Below are positions 1-7,170 of a stretch of DNA of 9,480 bases, one piece after another (position 1 is the stretch's first letter; every line of letters begins with the position of its first letter). Position numbers and translations under genes: made by a program. The DNA is from Octopus sinensis (lineage: Eukaryota): positions 1 through 9,480 of the forward strand of contig NW_021827915.1 in the NCBI RefSeq assembly GCF_006345805.1, written 5' to 3'. The notes beneath the pieces are model-generated. The model made no database searches. It had not been told where the DNA came from and worked only from the letters and a program-made list of their open reading frames with translations.

Positions 1-174
1 GAGTGGGTGTGTGTCTTTAAAGAATGTATAAACATACAGAAGTGCTGAAGACTGTATATATATGTATATCTACATCAGATGTGTATACTTGTCTACACCC
101 CTTCCCGCCCGCTTCCAGATTGTTTTTGATTCTCTTCATTTTCACCTTTTTTTTATTTCATTAAGTCGACATTT

Positions 175-560
175 ACACACACACACACACACACACAACA
201 CACACACGCACGCACGCACGCACACATGCCATATATATGTATGAATGGATGTACGTATGCATATGTATGTGTGTGCGTGTATGAGTGTGTGTATGTATAT
301 GTGTGTCTATAGACATTTACATAAACACTTCATACATTCACTCACACATATAAAGACATACATATGCACACACATATAGACAATCTGTTATACGCACACA
401 CATACCTTCACGCACACACTCTTATATACATACAGGCATGAACACGCGCACGCGCAGACACGTTCTCTCTCGCGCGCACACGCATACAGATTTATATACA
501 CACTCACACAAGTATAGAACTTCACATACTTACACACATACTTATAGACATTGACATACG
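175..560. repeat. Compound, degenerate (CA)n/(CACG)n/(TG)n/(TA)n microsatellite region
   Basis: (AC)n from 175, (GCAC)n near 207-223, then alternating purine-pyrimidine low-complexity sequence to about 560. Confidence 0.9.
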
Positions 561-561
561 C

Positions 562-737
562 AAAAATCTGTTCCCATGATAAAAATTAAAGAATGAACCA
601 ATATCTGCAGACATTAAGCAGGACACATTCCAGTAGAAAGAGGCACCAAACAGGGCGATATCCTCGCCCCAGCTCTCTTTTCTTGGTAATCTTACTGTCA
701 CTCACCTTCATATTTTTAAGCAATGGTTGCATTTCTT
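562..737 (+). mobile_element. Decayed RTE-clade LINE, segment 1 (RT region up to the G-x-x-Q-G motif)
   Basis: 627-680 translates IPVERGTKQGDILAPALF, like the RTE RT motif GVKQGCVLAPTLF. 568-580 gives LF-HD across a 1-nt frameshift, like the upstream LFHD motif. Stops and frameshifts present. Confidence 0.7.
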
Positions 738-1046
738 TAAGGCGGCGAGCAGGCAGAATCGTTAGCACGCCAGGTGAAATGTTTTAGCGGTATTTCGTCT
801 GCCGTTGCGTTCTGAGTTCAAATTCCACCGAAGTCGACTTAAACCCTTTGTCTGTCCTTGTTTGTCCCCGCTATGTTTAGCCCCTTGTTGGCAATAAAGA
901 AGTAAGAATCATTAGCACGCTGAGCGAAATGCTTAGCAGTATTTCGTCTGTCTTTACGTTCTGAGTTCAAATTCCGTCGAATTCAAATTCCGCCTTTACC
1001 TTTCATCCTTTCGGGGTCAATAAATTGTGTCTAGAGTAGAAAAGAA
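738..1046 (+). mobile_element. tRNA-derived SINE (GGCGGCGAG-head family), internally deleted dimer, with 16-bp TSD
   Basis: Head GGCGGCGAGCAGGCAGAATCGTTAGC (A-box-like) and two GAGTTCAAATTCC B boxes. The second unit restarts at GAATCATTAGCACG near 906. The 3' end TGTGTCTAGAGTAGAAAAGAAT matches the end of the 4107-4842 copy. Perfect direct repeat AATGGTTGCATTTCTT at 722-737 and 1045-1060. Confidence 0.9.
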
Positions 1047-1156
1047 TGGTTGCATTTCTTGCATGATTTTGAGTAATCGATCTTCTGATCACAATGGCGT
1101 TCCTAGAGTGTGGGCCACTCGGGTAGCTCTTGAACTTGCTGCCTCCAAGTCTATAG

Positions 1157-1341
1157 CAGTGGTTCTCAATCGCAGCTCCCAGGGCCGTATGTAGCCCCCA
1201 TCCATCCTTCCGATAGTATTCCTTCTATGATATAATAAAGTTCTCTTTGACTTGTGTTTTCCTTTTTATGGTGCAGCAGCTCCCTAAAAAAAAATCAAGT
1301 TTTGGATTTGACCCGGATATTAAAAAGGTTGAGAACCACAG
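1157..1341. mobile_element. hAT (Charlie-like) MITE, 185 bp
   Basis: Terminal inverted repeats CAGTGGTTCTCAA (1157-1169) and TTGAGAACCACAG (1329-1341), 1 mismatch. CAGTGGTTCTCAA is a typical hAT-Charlie terminus. Flanks GTCTATAG and CTATAAGG are only a degenerate 8-bp TSD. Confidence 0.75.
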
Positions 1342-1426
1342 CTATAAGGATTATAACGCAGACTTAGAAGTGCCGCCCCCATTAAGGAGTCACATGGGCC
1401 ACCCTCTCTGCCCACTCTCATGCCCT

Positions 1427-1540
1427 CAGTTATGATATTGTCTGATCGTCTCTTCCATTTAGCTGTAGAGTGTGGAATTCTTTCATTCGGGTTACCTTTA
1501 TACAGATGACATGTTACAGATTTACAAATCCAAATGGATG
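1427..1540 (+). mobile_element. Decayed RTE LINE, segment 2 (catalytic YxDD region)
   Basis: 1441-1464 SDRLFHLA (like SDGKLFNLA), 1496-1510 LYTDD (like LYADD), 1519-1539 DLQIQMD (like DLQRLMD). These are in the expected order, and the reading continues as RFS after the SINE at 1541. Confidence 0.65.
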
Positions 1541-1704
1541 GGCGCAGGAGTGGTTGTGTGGTAAGAAGTTTGCTTCCCAACCACATGGCTCTGGGTTCAG
1601 TCCCACTGCGTGGCACCTTGGGAAAGTGTCTTCTACTATAACCTCGAGCTGACCAAAGCCTTGTGAGTTGATTTTCGTAGACAGAAAACTGAAGGAAGCC
1701 CGTC

Positions 1705-1742
<38 letters not shown>

Positions 1743-2049
1743 CAAAGTAAGATAGGGGTTATGGATATACCCACTATGGGATATCATTTATCAATATACT
1801 GTTGAATATTTTGTATGCTTTGATGTTCTCATTTGTAAAATGAATAAGTAATATAACATTATAATATCCTTGAGTTGATGAACAAACTGAATTTGTTTCT
1901 CCGTTTTCTATTTTTCTTTTTGATATATATAATATATATATATATATATTATATATATAATATATATATATATATTATATATATATATATATATAAATAT
2001 ATATATATATAAACAAGTCAAATTGCGATAAAATAAAATATATATTATA

Positions 2050-2084
<35 letters not shown>

Positions 2085-2274
2085 TTGTCTCTTTGTGTCT
2101 GCATTTGTCTCCCACCACCATTTGACAACCGGTGTTGGTGAGTTTACGTTCCCGTAACTTAGCAGTTCTGCTAAAGCGTCCGATAGGTTAAGTACCAAGC
2201 TTTAAAAAAATTAAGTCCTGGGGTCGATTCGTTCGACTAAAATTCTTCAAGTGAAAAATAAAAGATAAAAAAAT
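1541..2274 (+). mobile_element. tRNA-derived SINE (GGCGCAGG-head family) with expanded, interrupted internal (TA)n
   Basis: A-box-like TGGTTGTGTGG at 1551-1561 and B box GGTTCAGTCCC at 1594-1604. The 5' body (to about 1709) and 3' body (about 2082-2270) both align to the contiguous inverted copy at 2887-3226. A-rich tail AAAATAAAAGATAAAA. Confidence 0.9.
1710..2082. repeat. (TA)n tracts at 1710-1739 and 1923-2082 flanking a unique AT-rich island
   Basis: Direct reading of the sequence. Confidence 0.95.
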
Positions 2275-2650
2275 ATCGTTTTTCTGCATCTTATAAAGCA
2301 TTCAGCCCCAGAACCTGCCCGGATCTTACCGTTATGTTCCAATCTGCTGCAAGAAACCAATAATGAAACCACGTGTCTTAGTTGAAGGAATTGAAGTGAA
2401 AGTAGCCGACAGGTTTGTCTCTCTGGTTAGCACATTCAGCCCGTCTTGATTCCTGGATGGTCAAATATCTCCAAACCTTCATAAAATAACTGATTCCTAC
2501 AGAAGTTTTGATTCTAATACTTGGTTCCAACGTCCCGTCATAATATTACGAAAATGACAAAAATTGTTGCTTTCTATCGTGTCTGTATATTGACTGCCCT
2601 TTACTCGGGTGAGACTTGGATCCTTTACAAGAATTATATAAAGGTTCTTG
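2275..2650 (+). mobile_element. Decayed RTE LINE, segment 3 (late RT subdomains and thumb)
   Basis: 2277-2342 RFSASYKAFSPRTCPDLTVMFQ (like RFSAACKAFGLTISLKKTEVMFQ). 2366-2533 KPRVLVEGIEVKVADRFVSLVSTFSPS*FLDGQIS...WFQR (YLG region degraded to SLV). 2539-2649 HNITKMTKIVAFYRVCILTALYSGETWILYKNYIKVL (like TKIAVYRACVLSTLLYGSETWTLY). Confidence 0.85.
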
Positions 2651-2681
2651 TAAAGAACCTTTGTGCAAAGACCATTCTGTA

Positions 2682-2886
2682 AAGGCGACAAGCTGGCAGA
2701 AACGTTCGCGCCCAGAACAAGATGCTTAGCAAAATTTCTTACAGTTTTATGTTCTGAGTTCAAATCCCAACGAGGTCAACTTTGCTTTTCATCCCTGCAA
2801 GATCAATAAAATAAATACCAGTGAAATACTGAGGTCGGTGCATCTTCTCTGAAGTTGCTGACCTTATGCAAAAGTTTGAAGCCAAT
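2682..2886 (+). mobile_element. Diverged monomeric SINE of the GGCGGCGAG-head family
   Basis: AAGGCGACAAGCTGGCAGAAACGTT head, B box GAGTTCAAATCCC near 2756-2768, TTTGCTTTTCATCC core and a different 3' end (GCTGACCTTATGCAAAAGTTTGAAGCCAAT). Collinear with the 738 and 4107 copies but more substituted. Confidence 0.85.
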
Positions 2887-3226
2887 GCTGAGGCACCGTC
2901 TTGAAGAATTTCTATCGAATAAATCGACCCCAGCACTTGTTTTTTCTTTAAAATCTGGCGCATATTCTATCAGTCTCTTTTACCGAACCACCAACACGTA
3001 AACACACTAACACCTATTGTCAAGCGGTGGCGGAGGACAAACACAGATACAAACACACACACACACACACATTTTAATTTCTGCTTCCAAATCCACTCAC
3101 AAGGCTTTGGTCGGTCGATGCTATAGTAGAAAACACTTGTCCAAGGTGGGTGCCCCGCAATAGGACTGTATCCGGAACCATATGGTTGGGAGGCAAGCGT
3201 TTTCGCCACACAGCTTCACCTGCGCC
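2887..3226 (-). mobile_element. tRNA-derived SINE (GGCGCAGG-head family), inverted copy
   Basis: The reverse complement starts GGCGCAGGTGAAGCTGTGTGG and aligns to 1541-1700 and 2082-2250, with an internal (TG)n in place of (TA)n. The insertion 2651-3226 is flanked by TATATAAAGGTTC(T/G)TG at 2635-2650 and 3227-3242. Confidence 0.9.
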
Positions 3227-3619
3227 TATATAAAGGTTCGTGAACGATTTCTGTAGAAATGATTAAGACATATTCTGAACGTCAACTGGTCCCCATGAAC
3301 TCCAGACAGGGGTTTAGAAGGTTAACCGAGGTTTGTGTATTGAACCAGTGACACACTGACACCGTTTACGTAGGTTGGCCATACTGTTTAAATGAACAAT
3401 CGAAGGATCTCCATGTAGACGCTGTATGATAAGTTTCTATGTAGAAAGCACACTCAACACAAACCAACCCTTAAGGACTTTAAAGAGCCCCTTGAAAATA
3501 TTTTAAATAATTGAAGTCAGAAAAGAAGCGACTCTGAACAGAACCAATGGAGAAACAATTAAACGATTGTGCAGATTGCAGAGTTTTTCGAAAGTCAGTA
3601 TTTCAAAGGAAGAGTTTCA
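3227..3619 (+). mobile_element. Decayed RTE LINE, segment 4 (post-RT region)
   Basis: 3227-3289 YIKVRERFL*K*LRHILNVNW (like HIKxLERFHQRCLRxILxxxW). Then, across frameshifts, HRLR, VGHTV*MNNRRISM*TLYDKFLCRKHTQHKP (like RLRWxGHVxRMxxxRIPKxxLYGEL) and QWR near 3547. Confidence 0.85.
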
Positions 3620-3822
3620 CCCTTCAGCATTCAAACTGGACATATCTGGCGCAAATATTCTACCCGCTTTATGTTCAAACCGGCTACACATGCACTAAAA
3701 TGTCATTCCGAAATTAAATAATCATATCATCAAAACCTCAAAGCTTTGAGATGATGCATGATTGATTAAAAAAAATTTGAATAAATATGTATTGCATTTG
3801 ACAGTAATGTGAATGCTGAGAG
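3620..3822. mobile_element. piggyBac-type (TTAA-targeting) MITE, degenerate
   Basis: Left end TTCA|CCCTTCAGCATTCA (3616-3633) and right end TGAATGCTGAGAG|TTAA (3810-3826) are imperfect inverted repeats with CCCT-type termini and one intact TTAA. Perfect internal 14-bp palindrome CTCAAAGCTTTGAG at 3737-3750. Confidence 0.6.
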
Positions 3823-3945
3823 TTAAGCAACCTTCTCGAAAACGCAAAATTTGGGCAGTGGAAATGGAAATGTATGATGTAAAGCTGTTGCGCAATATTT
3901 GTGGCTGATAAGTGTGTTTACAAGGTGGAACTCGTTAGTCATCAG
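3823..3945 (+). mobile_element. Decayed RTE LINE, segment 5 (C-terminal Cys/His knuckle relic)
   Basis: Removing the MITE gives EFKQPSRK (like ELKRxxRK). 3891-3945 reads RNICG**VCL / KVELVSHQ across a frameshift, like CxxCGRxCLSKxGLxSHxR. Confidence 0.55.
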
Positions 3946-4106
3946 ATAAAAAAAATAAAAATCTGATTATAGTGAAATAATGCATAGCATGCAATAACTG
4001 GGGCGGTAGAGGCGGTGGTGGGAAGAGTGACTAATTTATGGGTGTTTTAAAAAGAAGCAATACTGTGCATCGGAATATAATTCTGTACACTAATATGCAT
4101 ATAATC

Positions 4107-4842
4107 TAAGGCGGCGAGCTGGCAGAAATGTTAGCACGCCGGGCGAAATGCGTAGCCGTATTTCGTCTGCCGTTACGTTTTGAGTTCAAATTCCGCCGAG
4201 GTCGACTTTCATTCTTTCGGGGTCGATAAATTAAGTACCAGTTAAGCACTGGGGTCGATGTAATCGACTTAATCCGTTTGTCCTCTCTGTGGGTAGTAAA
4301 GAAATAGGTATTTCGTCTGCCGCTACGTTTTGAGTTCAAATTTCGCCGAAGTCGACTTTGCCTTTCAGCCTTTCGGGGTCGATAAATTAAGTACCAGTTA
4401 CGCACTGGAGTCGATATAATCGACTTAATCCGTTTGTCTGTCCTTGTTTGTCCCCTCTCTGTGTAGCCCCTTGTGTGCAGTAAAGAAATAGGTATTTCGT
4501 CTGTCTTTAAGTTCTGAGTTCAAATTCCGCCGAGGTCGACTTTGCCTTTCATCCTTTCGGGGTCGATAAATTAAGTACCAGTTAAGCACTGGGGTCGATG
4601 TAATCGACTTAATCCGTTTGTCTGTCCTTGTTTGTCCTCTCTGTGTTTAGCCCCTTGTGGGTAGTAAAGAAATAGGTATTTCGTCTGCCGCTACGTTCTG
4701 AGTTCAAATTCCGCCGAGGTCGACTTTGCCTTTCATCCTTTCGGGGTCGATAAATTAAGTACCAGTAGCATACTGGGGTCGATCAGATCGTCTGGCCTCC
4801 TTCCCCAAAATATCGGACTTTGTGCCTAGAGTAGAAACGAAT
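4107..4842 (+). mobile_element. SINE with one tRNA-like head, tandem 184-bp internal units and a terminal tail; 10-bp TSD
   Basis: Head GGCGGCGAGCTGGCAGAAATGTTAGC at 4110. Units start at GTATTTCGTCTG near 4157, 4307, 4491 and 4675 (spacing 150, 184, 184), each with a GAGTTCAAATT B box. Tail TGTGCCTAGAGTAGAAACGAAT. AATATGCATA at 4092-4101 and 4840-4849. Confidence 0.92.
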
Positions 4843-4937
4843 ATGCATAAACTGATAAGTATGTATGTGGCTTTATTTGCAAAATGCAAGGAATGCCAAA
4901 AAAAAAAGGGATTTCTTGATTTCTGTATATTGCTGAC

Positions 4938-5063
4938 GTAGAACTTCCACGGTGAAACACTGGCCGACTTGTAGAGAGCGGTGAACGCCTGAAGATATTC
5001 CAGAAGGAAGGCGTCCGATTTTGATCTTTTTTTCCTCAGAACTGCAGCTCCGTCAGAGATGAG
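4938..5063 (-). CDS. Probable internal coding exon (126 bp, phase 0-0) of an unidentified host gene: LISDGAAVLRKKRSKSDAFLLEYLQAFTALYKSASVSPWKFY
   Basis: Acceptor TTTTTTTCCCCGCAG (CAG at 5066-5064) and donor GTCAGC at 4937-4932 (non-optimal). Length is a multiple of 3, only one of three frames is open, and it is a complex, GC-richer island in AT-rich flanks. Protein family not recognised. Confidence 0.65.
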
Positions 5064-5099
5064 CTGCGGGGAAAAAAAGCGCCTTGATAATAGGAATTG

Positions 5100-5125
5100 A
5101 AATAAATAAATAAATAAATAAATAA
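5100..5125. repeat. (AAAT)n microsatellite
   Basis: Direct reading. Confidence 0.9.
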
Positions 5126-5353
5126 AACAATATTGTACACTCAGGAAATATATGATAAAAAAAAACAAGAAAAAATATAAATAAATAAATTATAAAATAA
5201 ATAAGTAAGGAATTCTAAAGATTTCTTTAGTTTGCTGTTACAAACACAAAAAAAGTCATTTAAAACTGAAACGAAATTAAATACGGTTAATGTTGACAAT
5301 CAATAATTGTAATTGAGATAGCTGGTTAAATAGATAGATAGATTATGTAGGAG

Positions 5354-5433
<80 letters not shown>
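5354..5433. repeat. Perfect (GATA)20 microsatellite
   Basis: 80 bp of uninterrupted GATA. Confidence 0.95.
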
Positions 5434-5434
<1 letters not shown>

Positions 5435-5680
5435 AGGTTGAGAGAAAGAAAGTAAAGTGATAAAGTGTAGAGGTTTGTATGAATGTATAATTATAGAAAA
5501 AAGAATAGTTAAAAGAGGGATTTGAATTGATTATTGACTGTGCTGGGGAAAAAAAGGGGTTAGAAAAGACAAAAAAGAGGTGATGGAGGTTAGAGAAAAT
5601 TGGGGATGAGACAAGGCAAAGAATAAGGAATAAGAAAAGGAAGGTTTGTTATAGAAAGTTTTGAAATGGAAGAAGAGAAT

Positions 5681-5796
5681 GGTGGTGGTGGTGTGGTGGT
5701 GGTGGTGGTGGGTGTTGGTGCTGTCGATTTTTGGCAGCGTCTTTTGATTTAGGGAGACGCATTGCGCAGAGAGAGAAAGAGAGAGAAAGAGAGAGG
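5681..5796. repeat. (GGT)n tract (5681-5713) and (GA)-rich tract (about 5769-5796)
   Basis: Direct reading. Confidence 0.9.
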
Positions 5797-5828
5797 GAAA
5801 CGGGGTATGACGGTGGGAAGGGGTTCAC

Positions 5829-5918
5829 ATGACACCTATAGCGCGGGAAGAGGGAGTTCGTTAAATGCGATTGTAGAGTGTTGTTGATTCTTGGTTTTGT
5901 ACGCAACATCGATGTCGA
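5829..5918 (-). CDS. Possible 90-bp phase 0-0 exon (STSMLRTKPRINNTLQSHLTNSLFPRYRCH), upstream of the 4938-5063 exon
   Basis: C-rich tract ending CTCCACCGCAG (CAG at 5921-5919) and donor GTGAAC at 5828. Complex island between microsatellites and phase-compatible with the downstream exon. The donor is weak and I recognise no homology. Confidence 0.3.
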
Positions 5919-5967
5919 CTGCGGTGGAGATGGGGGTGGGGCGTGTTGGGAAAGAACCCGCAACTAT

Positions 5968-6038
5968 CACCACCACCACCACCACTTAACCGGCGATCCC
6001 AATCCTGCTCCATCATCATCATCGTCATCATAATAATT

Positions 6039-6081
<43 letters not shown>

Positions 6082-6322
6082 GTTACCTCGTCATCGTCGT
6101 CGTCACGATGATCATCATCGTCATCGTTATCATTGTCATGATGATGATGATCATCATCATTGATGTCATCGTCGTTGTCATCATCGTTATCACCATTATC
6201 GTCGTCATTATCATCATCATTGCCATCATCACCACCACCATCATCATCTTAATCAGCATCACCACCACCCCCACCACCATCATCACAATCATCTGCATCA
6301 TTCCCCCTTCCCCCTCCCCTCC

Positions 6323-6353
<31 letters not shown>

Positions 6354-6480
6354 CTCCTCCTCCTCCTCCTCCTCCTCATCACTCAGTTCGCTATCACTAT
6401 AATAACAACGAGCATGTTTTTTCAAGCACCGCTGCCGTCTCCGCCGCATCAGCTGCCGCCGCCTCCGCCCCCGCCACCTC
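5968..6480. repeat. Compound trinucleotide repeat field: (CCA)n, (CAT)n/(CGT)n, (CCT)n, (CCG)n
   Basis: Direct reading. It explains the poly-I, poly-M, poly-E and poly-P ORFs. Confidence 0.92.
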
Positions 6481-6653
6481 ACATTAAAATATTGGTTTAA
6501 ATCAATTCAAAATGGAGATAGTTTCACCATCATTTGAAAATTGCGAATTCTTATGCATGAAACATAAGGTTATAAGACGAAATCCACCGATAAAGAACAT
6601 AATTTATCCATCATTGTGCTGGTGAATAGTTATTCTCCCCGTTCGTCACTATC

Positions 6654-7165
<512 letters not shown>

Positions 7166-7170
7166 TACAT

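Noticed and set aside
586-787. ORFs 586-768 and 593-787 as small genes
   Set aside because: They overlap the frameshifted RTE relic and the SINE head. The meaningful reading (GTKQG) is in another frame.
1740-1922. Hammerhead ribozyme in the TA-embedded islands
   Set aside because: I could not find a CTGANGA plus GAAA core with the required stems here or at 6885-7026.
62-2198. ORFs 62-244, 1320-1787, 1908-2198 and other YI/HT-rich frames
   Set aside because: Read-through of (TA)n/(CA)n tracts and SINE sequence.
4107-4842. CRISPR-like array or tRNA gene cluster
   Set aside because: Units are near-identical 184-bp repeats with no unique spacers and no cas genes, in a eukaryotic context. The tRNA similarity is limited to A/B boxes in a SINE head with no complete cloverleaf.
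4755-5168. The whole 137-aa ORF as a single-exon gene
   Set aside because: Its N-terminus is (TTTA)n and polypyrimidine tract and its C-terminus runs into the SINE. Only 4938-5063 looks exonic.
5836-5918. Alternative reading DIDVAYKTKNQQHSTIAFNELPLPAL* of the candidate exon
   Set aside because: It ends in a stop exactly at the donor, which is incompatible with a coding exon downstream. Not excluded without RNA data.
5861-6500. ORFs 5943-6500, 5861-6079, 6083-6382 and 6249-6482 (poly-I/M/R/E/P)
   Set aside because: All are translations of trinucleotide microsatellites and are open on both strands for that reason. I see no splice or domain support.
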